Part shown: positions 28,457 to 37,911 of the stretch, piece by piece | How positions within the stretch are numbered: position 1 is the stretch's first letter | Layout: every line of letters begins with the position of its first letter | Source: Planctomycetota bacterium | GTDB lineage: Bacteria > Planctomycetota > UBA1135 > JACQFD01 | Length of the DNA: 64,000 nucleotides | Direction of reading: 5' to 3' | Assembly (NCBI GenBank): GCA_016200225.1 | Contig: JACQFD010000033.1 | Span: forward strand, 100,175 to 164,174 | The notes under the pieces: generated by a model | The model's database searches: none | The model's input: only the letters and a program-made list of their open reading frames with translations | Told to the model about the DNA's origin: nothing | Made by a program: the position numbers and the translations under genes

Positions 28457-30166
28457 TTATTTGGCAATTGTTGCTTTCTCGGCGCCTTCCACGATCCGAT
28501 GGACGCGGTTGGCCTGCAGGTTTTTATAATGTTCCACGGTCCCGGAAGGCCAACGCAATTCCACTTCGTCCACGCGGTCCGCGCGTCCCAAGCCGAATCG
28601 CACGCGTGGGTCGTTGGAGCATTGAAACGACGAGCCCGGTTGGCACTCCGCGATCCACGAGCGGGACCCGCACGTGACTTTCACAATCGTCCCGTAGGCG
28701 CTCCGATTCGACTTCGTGCCCTGAAGTTCAAAGGCGACCCAAGCGCCCGATTTAACTATATCATTTCGCAACACTCTCGGAGGCCCGTTCATTACTAGAA
28801 TCGCGACGTCGATGTCGCCGTCGCCATCGAGGTCGCCAAATGCCGCGCCGCGGTGCACGCGCGCATCCGCAAGTCCGATCGTCGACGAGATTTCATTAAA
28901 TTTACCGTTGCCTATGTTTTTGAAAAATTGACAATTCTGAGCGTACGACGTGTCCGTGGCCGAAAGATCCGCCTCCGGATACACGTGTCCGTTTGTAATC
29001 ATTAAATCCGGCAGACCGTCCTGATCGGCGTCGAAGAATTGGCACCCCCATCCGAGTTTGGGAACGCTCGGTCCGCCCATTCCGGATGGAAATGAAAAAT
29101 CCGACCATGCATCGCCGTTCGGCCGGAAAAGATTGTTCGCTTGAGCCGAAAAATTAGTAACAACGATACTGAAGCGCCCGTCGCCCGCGTAATCTCCCGC
29201 GCAAACGCCCATTCCGGAACCGACGCGGCCGTAGTCGTCCACCGAAACGCCGAGCAGATCGCCCGATCTCTCGAATGTTCCGTTTTTTTTGTTATGATAC
29301 ATTTCGTTCGGTTCGGAATCGTTTGCAACATAAATGTCGTCGAAACCGTCAAGGTCATAATCGATCGCGATGCAGCCGAGCGCGAAAGAAGGCGGCGCGG
29401 CGCCGATGCCGCTTTTCACGGTGACATCGTTAAACTTAGCAATTCCATCGACCGTTCCGCCATTATGATACAAAAGCGGAATCTCCTTCTCGAGTCCTCG
29501 CGGCCCGCGCATCACGGGATGCCCGCGCCATGTTGAATCGGCTCCGCCGAACGGCGGCGGAGAATTTAGATTAAATTTAAGATAATTGCAGACAAACAAG
29601 TCGAGCATTCCATCTTTATCGTAATCCAGAAACGTCGCCGAGGAGCTCCAGCGCGGATCCACAAGCCCCGCAGCGCCGCCGATTTCCTTAAAATGCGCTT
29701 TTCCGTCGTTTAGATATAAACAATCGGGGCCGAATTCGGAGACGAACACGTCGAGATCGCCATCGTTGTCGACATCGCCGACCGCGACGCCGTTCCCGAA
29801 TCGCGAACCGCCAATATTTGCATCCTTCGTTGCATCTGTAAAATGCGCCGCGCCATCGTTCAGCCAGAGCGTGTTGCCGGCTCCGGGTTTTCCATCGCGC
29901 AAATTTTCGAGCGTCGAGCCGTTGGTCATCCAAACATCGAGATCGCCGTCTCCGTCGGCATCGAATAACGCGATGCCGCCTCCGTTGACTTCCAAAATAT
30001 ATTTTTTCGACGACAACTCGGCGCCGCACAAGCTGATCGCCTTGATGCCCGCGCTTTCTGTAATATCTACGAATCCGCCCGCCGGTTGGGAGGCGGGCTT
30101 TTCGGGCGCGGGAACCGACTGTGCCAAGGCGGCAAATACCGCCGTCGGCAGCCATGATCGAATCAT
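28457..30166 (-). CDS. CRTAC1-family protein (FG-GAP/VCBS repeats plus ASPIC/UnbV C-terminal domain)
   Basis: Repeated 'DxDxDGDxD' Ca-binding FG-GAP motifs ('FDADGDGDLDV', 'GDVDNDGDLDV', 'GDLDGDGDIDV'). The C-terminal 'YGTIVKVTCGSRSWIAECQPGSSFQCSNDPRVRFGLG...VELRWPSG' is typical of ASPIC/UnbV. Confidence 0.8.
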   Translation of the reverse strand: MIRSWLPTAVFAALAQSVPAPEKPASQPAGGFVDITESAGIKAISLCGAELSSKKYILEVNGGGIALFDADGDGDLDVWMTNGSTLENLRDGKPGAGNTLWLNDGAAHFTDATKDANIGGSRFGNGVAVGDVDNDGDLDVFVSEFGPDCLYLNDGKAHFKEIGGAAGLVDPRWSSSATFLDYDKDGMLDLFVCNYLKFNLNSPPPFGGADSTWRGHPVMRGPRGLEKEIPLLYHNGGTVDGIAKFNDVTVKSGIGAAPPSFALGCIAIDYDLDGFDDIYVANDSEPNEMYHNKKNGTFERSGDLLGVSVDDYGRVGSGMGVCAGDYAGDGRFSIVVTNFSAQANNLFRPNGDAWSDFSFPSGMGGPSVPKLGWGCQFFDADQDGLPDLMITNGHVYPEADLSATDTSYAQNCQFFKNIGNGKFNEISSTIGLADARVHRGAAFGDLDGDGDIDVAILVMNGPPRVLRNDIVKSGAWVAFELQGTKSNRSAYGTIVKVTCGSRSWIAECQPGSSFQCSNDPRVRFGLGRADRVDEVELRWPSGTVEHYKNLQANRVHRIVEGAEKATIAK

Positions 30167-30206
30167 TGTGTGAAAGGTACGGTTCTCGCGGGTGTTTATA
30201 ACGAAA

Positions 30207-30237
30207 ATGGCCGGTCGGGGTTCGCCCGGCCGGCCAT
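30207..30237 (-). terminator. intrinsic terminator downstream of FG-GAP paralog 1
   Basis: GC-rich hairpin 'atggccggtcgggg-ttcg-cccggccggccat' 23 nt after the stop. It is followed on the minus strand by 'attttcgtt'. Confidence 0.6.
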
Positions 30238-30259
30238 TAATGTTATAGTTCAGCGCCGA

Positions 30260-32215
30260 TCAGGGAATGATCGTCGCTTCGATGCCGTTTGAGAAATTCG
30301 CTGTCGAAAACGGAGTCAAGCAGAGCGACTGCAGATCGAATCGACGGCCGATCAGCGTCGGATCGCTCGGAACCGTGATCATGATGGTCATCACGCCACT
30401 TCCGTCCGAGCTGCCGAGCGCGCCTTCGCCGAGCGAGGGAATGTCCAGGAGAAACGTCTCGCCAAATCCAAAGAGGTTGAACGCGCTGCCGCGACCCTCG
30501 GACCAAAGGATGCCGCCGACTTGACTGGCGTAGCAACCAGTGGTTGTCCATGTTGCAACTGCGCCGCTTTGTAACACACCGACTCCGGTGAGCGAGAGAG
30601 CGTTACCGGGCGAACCGACTCCATAGTTTAAATAACCGGCGACTTGAAACACCTTGGGCGGACCGGTGACGGCGTTCCCAACGCGGTCGTTCGCTTTCGG
30701 CGTATAAGTAACAAGTGCGCCGGGAACGGAGGCGCCCATGCCCGCAACGTCGATCGAACCGCGGAAAAGATGGCCGCCCATGCGCTTCATGGCAACGTTG
30801 CTCGCGTTGAAGGTCCCATTGTTAGCTTCGACGCTCACGTCGAATTTTGCCGTAATGTAGTCTTGACCGTCGTCGTATGAGCCGTCCTGAATCATATTTC
30901 TGAAAATGAACGGACCCGAACCGAGCTGATAATTAGCGAGCGACTGCGTCCGCAAAATCTTCGGCGCCTGCGTATCCACGGGGCCGGTATTATTCTTAAA
31001 TAACTTATTGCCCGTTCCGGACTCGCCGACCGCGGTCACGTAGTCCATTTTACCATCATTATCGAAATCGCCCGCGGCGCCGTCGAGCGTGGGATCGCTT
31101 GTGACGGTGAACGCGCTCACCTGCTTCACAAATGTGAATCCAGGCGCGGTCAAATATAACTTTTCGGCCGACCCGAGGGACCCGACAATGACGTCGAGGC
31201 GTCCGTCATTATTGAAATCGATGAAGGTAATTTCATTGTCGTCGTCTCCGTTGCCTCCGGAGACGTTCGAAGACGCTGTATTGTGATTGAAGCCGAGCGT
31301 TCCGCCGCTTTCGATCAAAGTGTTCAGCGTCGTGCCTTCGTTCAAGCTTGCGATCGACACCCAGAACCCGTCGACGTCGCCGTCGTTGTCGAGATCGGCC
31401 CATTCCGATTCGTAGTTATTGCCGGAACCATTGTATGCAAATATCGAGCTCGCGTCCGTGAAAACGCCGGCGCCGTTGTTTAAATACATTTTCTGGCCCG
31501 TGGTCGTCTTCGCCGTGCTGATGATGTCGAGATCGAAATCGTTATCGATATCGACCAGCGAAACGTCCTGCGCGTTTGTAATATTAATCGAAGGCATGTT
31601 CGTAGTTGTAATATCGGTGAACATGCCCGTTCCGTCGTTGCGGAACATGCGGATCGGTTTGCCTTGGTCGCACAAGGCCACGTCAAGGTCGCCATCATTA
31701 TCAATGTCGCCGAACTGCGCGCACGGCGAAATCATCAATACCACCGGAAAATTGGTCGTGGTGATATCTGTAAAAACGCCCGCGCCATTGTTGCGAAGTA
31801 ACAGCGGCTGGCGTCCGCTCCCTGTGCCCATTTGTGCAAATACGAGATCCGCGTCTCCGTCGCCGTCGACATCGAATGCGGAACATCCGCCTGCTTGCAC
31901 GGCGAATCCGGCGGGAAGCCTCGTCAGCGCCTCGTCCGTAAATGTAAACGATCCGGCTCCAGTCGATTTGTTCATTTGGATTTGCGGGATATGGGGGCTC
32001 ATGCTGCCCGGCGATAGTACAAATCCAGTCGAGGCGACGATGTCAAGTTTGCCGTCGAGATCGAGGTCGGCAACTTCGACACCTTCGCATTTTGTCGAAT
32101 AACTGGGACCGCCGAGTGCGCCGGAGACATTGACAAATGATTGTGCCGAGGCAAATCCGGAAACTACAAAAACACCGGCCGCACCGGTGAATAATGACAG
32201 CGATCGTTGGATCAT
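30260..32215 (-). CDS. secreted FG-GAP/VCBS repeat protein, tandem paralog 1
   Basis: Signal 'MIQRSLSLFTGAAGVFVVSGFASAQ'. Repeated 'DxDxDGDxD' motifs ('ADLDLDGKLDI', 'FDVDGDGDADL', 'GDIDNDGDLDV', 'ADLDNDGDVDG', 'GDFDNDGKMDY'). By-eye alignment shows high identity (roughly four residues in five) to the next gene. Confidence 0.8.
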   Translation of the reverse strand: MIQRSLSLFTGAAGVFVVSGFASAQSFVNVSGALGGPSYSTKCEGVEVADLDLDGKLDIVASTGFVLSPGSMSPHIPQIQMNKSTGAGSFTFTDEALTRLPAGFAVQAGGCSAFDVDGDGDADLVFAQMGTGSGRQPLLLRNNGAGVFTDITTTNFPVVLMISPCAQFGDIDNDGDLDVALCDQGKPIRMFRNDGTGMFTDITTTNMPSINITNAQDVSLVDIDNDFDLDIISTAKTTTGQKMYLNNGAGVFTDASSIFAYNGSGNNYESEWADLDNDGDVDGFWVSIASLNEGTTLNTLIESGGTLGFNHNTASSNVSGGNGDDDNEITFIDFNNDGRLDVIVGSLGSAEKLYLTAPGFTFVKQVSAFTVTSDPTLDGAAGDFDNDGKMDYVTAVGESGTGNKLFKNNTGPVDTQAPKILRTQSLANYQLGSGPFIFRNMIQDGSYDDGQDYITAKFDVSVEANNGTFNASNVAMKRMGGHLFRGSIDVAGMGASVPGALVTYTPKANDRVGNAVTGPPKVFQVAGYLNYGVGSPGNALSLTGVGVLQSGAVATWTTTGCYASQVGGILWSEGRGSAFNLFGFGETFLLDIPSLGEGALGSSDGSGVMTIMITVPSDPTLIGRRFDLQSLCLTPFSTANFSNGIEATIIP

Positions 32216-32261
32216 AAGTATCGAGATAGGCTATGGATCAGGGAAAGCGATATGAAACAAA

Positions 32262-32287
32262 CCGGCCGGACGGAGATTTCCGGCCGG
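32262..32287 (-). terminator. intrinsic terminator downstream of FG-GAP paralog 2
   Basis: Hairpin 'ccggccgga-cggagatt-tccggccgg' 30 nt after the stop. The minus-strand tail is 'tttgtttca'. Confidence 0.6.
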
Positions 32288-32316
32288 CCGTCGATGTTTA
32301 CTTATCAAAGCGAGAA

Positions 32317-34257
32317 TCAGGGGATGATCGTCGCTTCGATGCCATTGGAGAATGCCGCGGTCGAGAACGGCGTGAGGCAAAGCGATTGTAAATCAAAACG
32401 CCGGCCGATCAGGGTCGGATCGCTTGGAACCGTAAGATTGATGGTCATGACGCCGCTTCCGTCCGAGCTGCCGAGCGCGCCTTCGCCGAGGCTCGGTATG
32501 TCGAGAAGGAACGTCTCGCCAAATCCAAACAAATTAAACGCGCTGCCGCGACCTTCCGACCAAAGGATGCCGCCAGCCTGGCTGGCGAAGCAGCCGGTGG
32601 TCGTCCATGTCGCAACCGCGCCGCTCTTTAATACTCCAACGCCCGTGAGCGTCAGGAAGTTACCGGGCGAACCGACACCATAATTAAGATAGCCGTCGAC
32701 TTGGAACTTCACGGGCGCGCCGGTTACGGCGTTGCCAACTCGATCGTTAGCTTTCGGCGTATAAGTAACAAGTGCGCCGGGGGCGCTTGCGCCCAACGCC
32801 GCGAGATCGATCGACCCGCGGAATAGGTGGCCGCCCATGCGTTTCATGGCAACATTGCTCGCGCTGAAAGTGCCATTGTTGGCTTCAACGCTAACATCGT
32901 ATTTCGCGGTAATGTAATCCTGGCCGTCATCGTAGGAGCCATCTTGAATCATCAAATGGAATACAAACGGTCCCGATCCGCTTTGGTGAGTTGCGAGCGA
33001 TTGCGTTCGCAAAATCTTCGGCGGCTGCGTGTCGGCCGCTCCCGTATTCTTAAATAACTTGTTGCCCGTTCCGGATTCGCCGACGGCCGTCACGTAATCC
33101 ATTTTTCCGTCATTATCAAAATCGCCCGCGGCGCCGTCGAGCGACGGGTCGTTTGTAACTGTAAACGCGTTCGCTACTTTGGAAAAAGCGAACCCGGGGG
33201 TCGTCAAATATAATTTTTCCGCCGATGCGAGGGACGCGACGATCACATCGAGGCGACCGTCGTTATTTGTATCAATAAATGTGATTTCGTTATCGTCGTC
33301 TCCGTTGCCGCCGGTCACGTTCGTCGTGGCGGTGTTATGAGTGAAGCTTAACACTCCGCTCGGAACCAAGTTGTTCAGCGTGGAACCTTCATTAAAGCTC
33401 GATATCGAAATCCAGAATCCGTCGACGTCGCCGTCATTATCCAAATCGGCCCATTCCGATTCGTAATTATTACCGGATCCCGAATAATTTAACGTCGCCG
33501 TCGCGTCCGTGAACATCCCGGTGCCGTCGTTTAGATACATTTTCTCGCCGTTCGTCACTTTTGCCGTGCTAATGATATCAAGATCGAAATCATTATCGAT
33601 ATCGACGAAGGAAATATCCTGCGCGCCTGAAATCGTAAGATTCGGCATGTTCGTGCCCGTTATATCCGTAAACACGCCGGTCCCGTCGTTGCGGAACATG
33701 CGGATTTTTCCGTTTTGATCGTTCAGCGCGACGTCCAAGTCGCCGTCATTATCAATATCGCCAAATTGCGCGCACGGCGAGGAAAGCAGGATTACCGGAA
33801 AATTGGTCGTTGTAATATCTGTAAAAACCCCGGCGCCGTTGTTTCGAAGCAATTGCGGCTGGCGGCCGCCCATTTGTGCAAATATCAGATCCGCATCGCC
33901 GTCGCCGTCGATATCGAACGCGCTGCAGCCGCCCGCAAGGGTGGTGAATCCGGCTGGAAGTCGCGTAACGGCCTCGTCCGTGAATGTAAAGGATCCCACA
34001 CCCGTCGATTTGTTCATTTGGATCTGCGGAATGTGCGGCGTAACCGCGCCGGGCGAAAAAACCTCTCCCGTCGATGCAACAATATCAAGGCGACCGTCGA
34101 GGTCGAGGTCCGCGACTTCAACGCCTTCGCATTTTATCGCATAAGTTGGACCGCCGAGGGCGCCGACGACATATTGGAATTGTTGCGCCGAGGCGAATCC
34201 TGAAACTACAAAAATTCCGGAGAGGCCGGAGAATATTAACTTCGAGCGATGAATCAT
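32317..34257 (-). CDS. secreted FG-GAP/VCBS repeat protein, tandem paralog 2
   Basis: The internal ATG at 34257 gives 'MIHRSKLIFSGLSGIFVVSGFASAQ', colinear with the paralog 1 signal peptide. Same repeat architecture, and the C-terminal ~100 aa are nearly identical. Confidence 0.8.
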   Translation of the reverse strand: MIHRSKLIFSGLSGIFVVSGFASAQQFQYVVGALGGPTYAIKCEGVEVADLDLDGRLDIVASTGEVFSPGAVTPHIPQIQMNKSTGVGSFTFTDEAVTRLPAGFTTLAGGCSAFDIDGDGDADLIFAQMGGRQPQLLRNNGAGVFTDITTTNFPVILLSSPCAQFGDIDNDGDLDVALNDQNGKIRMFRNDGTGVFTDITGTNMPNLTISGAQDISFVDIDNDFDLDIISTAKVTNGEKMYLNDGTGMFTDATATLNYSGSGNNYESEWADLDNDGDVDGFWISISSFNEGSTLNNLVPSGVLSFTHNTATTNVTGGNGDDDNEITFIDTNNDGRLDVIVASLASAEKLYLTTPGFAFSKVANAFTVTNDPSLDGAAGDFDNDGKMDYVTAVGESGTGNKLFKNTGAADTQPPKILRTQSLATHQSGSGPFVFHLMIQDGSYDDGQDYITAKYDVSVEANNGTFSASNVAMKRMGGHLFRGSIDLAALGASAPGALVTYTPKANDRVGNAVTGAPVKFQVDGYLNYGVGSPGNFLTLTGVGVLKSGAVATWTTTGCFASQAGGILWSEGRGSAFNLFGFGETFLLDIPSLGEGALGSSDGSGVMTINLTVPSDPTLIGRRFDLQSLCLTPFSTAAFSNGIEATIIP

Positions 34258-34584
34258 TAGGAGTGATACGGGCTGTGGGTCAGGGAAGGCGATGGTGGAG
34301 GTCCGGGGGGTGCGGGGTGGCTCACGTCTACGTGGATCAGGCCACGAAACACCGTGAAACCGGGCGATTTGCACGTGGTGCCGCGCAATTCAAAGCACAC
34401 ACCACATCGCAACTTGGGTCAACGTGGAATATGGGGCTTTCCGTTCCATTTAAATACGGATAACCAAGACAAAACCATTCGAATGAGGGCGAAGAGCGGC
34501 GCACTTGTCAATTGCAGCAGTTCTCAAATCCCAATTTCGCCGTCGCGATCGGTCTGAAATTCGTCTAAGTCCTTAAGAATCGCC

Positions 34585-35235
34585 GTGGACCCACGCAATC
34601 AACTACAAGCATCGCGACTCATGTTGTTATGGCGTCCTCGCGACTGTGCAGGCGATGCCATCGAGATCCTCGAATTGGCAATTTCCGGCGGCGTCGACGC
34701 CGTTCAAGTGCGCGACAAGGAGGCAAATGCGCGCGAGCTTTATGAAACGGCAATCCGGGCCCGTCCGATTGCCCGCGATCGAAGGGTTCTTTTTTTTGTT
34801 AATGATCGAATCGACGTCGCGCTTGCCTGCCTCGCGGACGGCGTCCATTTCGGGCAGGAAGATTTAACAATTGAGGACGCCCGATCGTTCGCGCCTTCCG
34901 GTTTTATCATTGGCATTTCAACGCATTCGATCGCGCAGGCGGGGCAGGCGCGCGCGCGGGGAGCCGATTTGATAGGTTTTGGACCGATGTTTCCGACATT
35001 AACAAAACCGCAAGAAGCCGCCATTGGTCCTGACGAGCTGCGTACGGTCGAGGACGCCGGCGCTTGTCCGACGTATGCAATCGGCGGCCTGAACGCGGAG
35101 CGTATTTTAAACATTCGCGCGCGCCGCGCGGCGGTCTCGTCGGCGATCCTCGCATCCGGCGATCCAATGCGGGCCGCGCGGGAGATCCGCGAAGCATTAA
35201 TACAGAACGGGCCGATCCCACGCTCGGGAAAATAA
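34585..35235 (+). CDS. thiE: thiamine-phosphate synthase
   Basis: 'GGVDAVQVRDKE', 'FFVNDRIDVALACLADGVHFGQEDL', 'IGISTHS' and 'GADLIGFGPMFPTLTK' are ThiE motifs. GTG start. Confidence 0.85.
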   Translation: MDPRNQLQASRLMLLWRPRDCAGDAIEILELAISGGVDAVQVRDKEANARELYETAIRARPIARDRRVLFFVNDRIDVALACLADGVHFGQEDLTIEDARSFAPSGFIIGISTHSIAQAGQARARGADLIGFGPMFPTLTKPQEAAIGPDELRTVEDAGACPTYAIGGLNAERILNIRARRAAVSSAILASGDPMRAAREIREALIQNGPIPRSGK

Positions 35236-35241
35236 TTAATA

Positions 35242-36291
35242 TTAAATAAAAAACGTCGCGTCGCCGTAGGAATAGAATCGATATTGTTCGCGAACCGCCT
35301 CTTTATATAATTCCATGACCGTTTCGGTGCCGGCGAAAGCGCAAACGAGCATGAATAATGTCGATTTCGGCAGATGAAAATTCGTCATGAGCGAATCGAC
35401 AACTTTGAATTTGTAACCGGGCCGGATGAACAAATCCGACGAACCGGAACCCGCGCCGACGCGGCCCGAGGCGTCGCTCGCGAATTCCAACGTTCGCACG
35501 ACGGTCGTGCCGACGGCGACAACCCTGAAACCGCCGTTCTTCGCCTTATTGATAATTTCCGCCGATTCGGCGCCGATCGAAAACGCCTCGGGCTCGATCT
35601 TGTGTCCCGAAATGTTATCGTCGCGGATCGGCGCGAAAGTCCCGGGCCCCACATCGAGTCGAATTGTAACAATTCGCGCGCCCCGCGATTTTATTGTATT
35701 TAATAGTTCTTCGGTGAAGTGGAGTCCGGCCGTCGGCGCCGCGACGGCAGCGCCCGACGACGCGAAAACTGTTTGATAACGTTCGCGGTCCTCGGATTCG
35801 AGAGCGGAATCTGATTCGCCTGCATGCCGGCGCGACTTACGAATATAGGGAGGCAGCGGCACCCTTCCGAGACGCGCGAGCCAATCCGGACCTCCCCCAT
35901 CGATCCGTGCGCGCCAGACCGACCCGACCTTCTCGCCGAGTTTCAGTGTCGTTTTTGTATCATTTTCGAACGAGAGCACGTCTGCAGGCCTCAACCGGCC
36001 TCCCCCGTCGGAGAGCAGTTCCAGATCGTCGCCGTCCACGCGCACGACAAGTCCCTCAACTGCACCGCCGGTTTGACGACGAAGGAGGATTCGAGCCGGA
36101 ATTACGCGAGTGTCGTTCAACACGAGCACGTCGCCGGATCTCAGAAAATCAGGGAAATTCCGAATGCCTCGATGTTCGCGCGAAGCGTGTGCGCGGTCGT
36201 ATACAAGCAAGCGCGCGTCGTCGCGGTTTGCGGCGGGCCTGCGTGCAATGCATGTTTGCGGTAAGTCGAAGTCGAATTCGTCGAGCGTCAC
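35242..36291 (-). CDS. queA: S-adenosylmethionine:tRNA ribosyltransferase-isomerase
   Basis: 'LDEFDFDLPQTCIARRPAANRDDARLLV', 'PLPPYI', 'YQTVFA', 'AAPTAGLHFT' and 'LMTNFHLPKSTLFMLV' are QueA motifs. Confidence 0.9.
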   Translation of the reverse strand: MTLDEFDFDLPQTCIARRPAANRDDARLLVYDRAHASREHRGIRNFPDFLRSGDVLVLNDTRVIPARILLRRQTGGAVEGLVVRVDGDDLELLSDGGGRLRPADVLSFENDTKTTLKLGEKVGSVWRARIDGGGPDWLARLGRVPLPPYIRKSRRHAGESDSALESEDRERYQTVFASSGAAVAAPTAGLHFTEELLNTIKSRGARIVTIRLDVGPGTFAPIRDDNISGHKIEPEAFSIGAESAEIINKAKNGGFRVVAVGTTVVRTLEFASDASGRVGAGSGSSDLFIRPGYKFKVVDSLMTNFHLPKSTLFMLVCAFAGTETVMELYKEAVREQYRFYSYGDATFFI

Positions 36292-36372
36292 GAACTAAAT
36301 TTTATGAGCGGAACAACCGGGCGCGGCAGGAATGACTTATGAAATCAATTCCAGTAGCATCCTTCCACCAAC

Positions 36373-37908
36373 ATGAGCCTGATTGAGGCAATAATCTTTG
36401 TTTTGTACTTCGGGACGCTTGCCGCGTTGTCGGTTTATGGCGTTCACCGATGCTGCATGCTCTGGTGGTTCTTTCGGAACCGCGGAAAGGGGATTCAGTC
36501 GCCGGCAAATGTTCTGAAGCCTCTGCGCGACGAGGACTTGCCTGCTGTAACGTTACAATTGCCGATTTACAATGAGCGTTATGTCGTCGAGAGGGTGATC
36601 AATCAGGCGGCGCGCCTCGATTATCCTCGCGACCGCCTCGAAATTCAGGTCTTGGACGACTCGACGGACGACACGACCGCGATCGCGGAGCGCCTCGTGC
36701 ATCAGTGGCGCGCGCGTGGACTGAATATTGTTCATATTCACCGCGTCGACCGCACGGGTTACAAGGCCGGCGCGCTCAAGAACGGCCTTTCGAAAACTAA
36801 GAATCCGTTTGTTGCTATTCTGGACGCGGATTTCGTTCCGGCGCCGGAGTTCTTAAGACAAATAATGCCCGGTTTCACTCACGATCGCGTCGGCGTCGTG
36901 CAGGCGAGGTGGGGGCACTTGAATCGTAACTATTCCGTACTGACGCGGGCGCAATCCATTCTGCTCGACGGGCACTTTGTCATTGAACACACCGCGCGCA
37001 ACCGGACGGGCCGCTTTTTTAACTTTAATGGCACCGCCGGCGTGTGGCGCCGTTCGTGCCTCGAAGACGCGGGGGGTTGGGAACACGACACGCTTACCGA
37101 AGATCTCGATTTATCCTATCGCGCGCAATTGAAGGGTTGGAATTTTGTATATTTGCCCGACATCGTCGTACCCGCGGAATTGCCGGCCGAGATCCATGGT
37201 TTCAAATCGCAACAGCACCGCTGGGCCAAGGGATCGATTCAAACCGCGATCAAATTGACGGGACGCATCCTCGGAGCCTCGATTCCGCTGAAGGCGAAGG
37301 TCGAGGCGATTTCGCACTTGTCGGCGAATCTTTGTTATCCTTTATTATTATTGTTAAGTCTGCTGCTCATGCCCGGGCTTTGGATCCGCACGCACGTGCT
37401 CGACCCCGGCAGCGGCGCTGTATTTGATATTTCACTATTCGCGGCGGCGTCGCTTTCGATCGTCGTTTTTTATCTCGCCGCGCAGCGTGAAATCGAACAA
37501 AAGAACTGGTGGCGGAGTTTTTTCGAACTCCCGGTCGTTTTCGCTCTTGGGATCGGGTTGTCCGTGAATAACTCGGCCGCCGTACTCGAAGCGTTGATCG
37601 GCCACGAAACGCCGTTCGTCCGGACACCCAAACATGCAATTACAGGCAGAACCGGAACGTGGCGCGGAAAGTCTTATTTTAACAAGAAGACCCTCTCGTC
37701 GATGCTCGAAGTGATATTTGGAATTTACTTATCGGCAACCGTCGTTTACATGGTTTCCGAGCGATTTTACGTGCCCTCGTTATTTGTAACTTTATTCGCG
37801 TTCGGTTATCTTTATATCGGCTTCACGTCGCTCGCTCAGGCCGGCTGGCGGGCGCTGCTGCCGCGTCGCGTACGCGAGGTGCGAGTCCTGCCGGCGGCGA
37901 TCGCTTGA
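36373..37908 (+). CDS. processive family 2 glycosyltransferase (cellulose-synthase-like / CslA-type beta-glycan synthase)
   Basis: 'LPIYNERYVVERVI', 'QVLDDSTDDT', 'ILDADFVP', 'TEDLDLSYRAQLKGW' and 'QQHRWAKG' form the D,D,D,QxxRW signature. TM helices occur at both ends. Confidence 0.8.
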   Translation: MSLIEAIIFVLYFGTLAALSVYGVHRCCMLWWFFRNRGKGIQSPANVLKPLRDEDLPAVTLQLPIYNERYVVERVINQAARLDYPRDRLEIQVLDDSTDDTTAIAERLVHQWRARGLNIVHIHRVDRTGYKAGALKNGLSKTKNPFVAILDADFVPAPEFLRQIMPGFTHDRVGVVQARWGHLNRNYSVLTRAQSILLDGHFVIEHTARNRTGRFFNFNGTAGVWRRSCLEDAGGWEHDTLTEDLDLSYRAQLKGWNFVYLPDIVVPAELPAEIHGFKSQQHRWAKGSIQTAIKLTGRILGASIPLKAKVEAISHLSANLCYPLLLLLSLLLMPGLWIRTHVLDPGSGAVFDISLFAAASLSIVVFYLAAQREIEQKNWWRSFFELPVVFALGIGLSVNNSAAVLEALIGHETPFVRTPKHAITGRTGTWRGKSYFNKKTLSSMLEVIFGIYLSATVVYMVSERFYVPSLFVTLFAFGYLYIGFTSLAQAGWRALLPRRVREVRVLPAAIA

Positions 37909-37911
37909 TAG

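Noticed and set aside
30260-32600. I considered recent gene conversion or an assembly duplication to explain the near-identical C-termini of the two FG-GAP paralogs.
   Set aside because: The nucleotide sequences of the 3' ends differ at many synonymous positions. Compare 'gtttgagaaattcgctgtcgaaaacggagtcaagcag' with 'attggagaatgccgcggtcgagaacggcgtgaggcaa'. The identity is therefore at protein level, from selection, and is not a recent DNA copy or a collapsed repeat.
34258-34584. I looked for a TPP (THI-box) riboswitch in the 327-nt region upstream of thiE.
   Set aside because: The plus strand has 'GGGGTGC' but no CUGAGA or ACCUGAUCUGG core. A 'CCTGATCC' plus CACG-TAGA-CGTG hairpin occurs only on the opposite strand, which is the wrong orientation for thiE. 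The match is too partial to call without Infernal.
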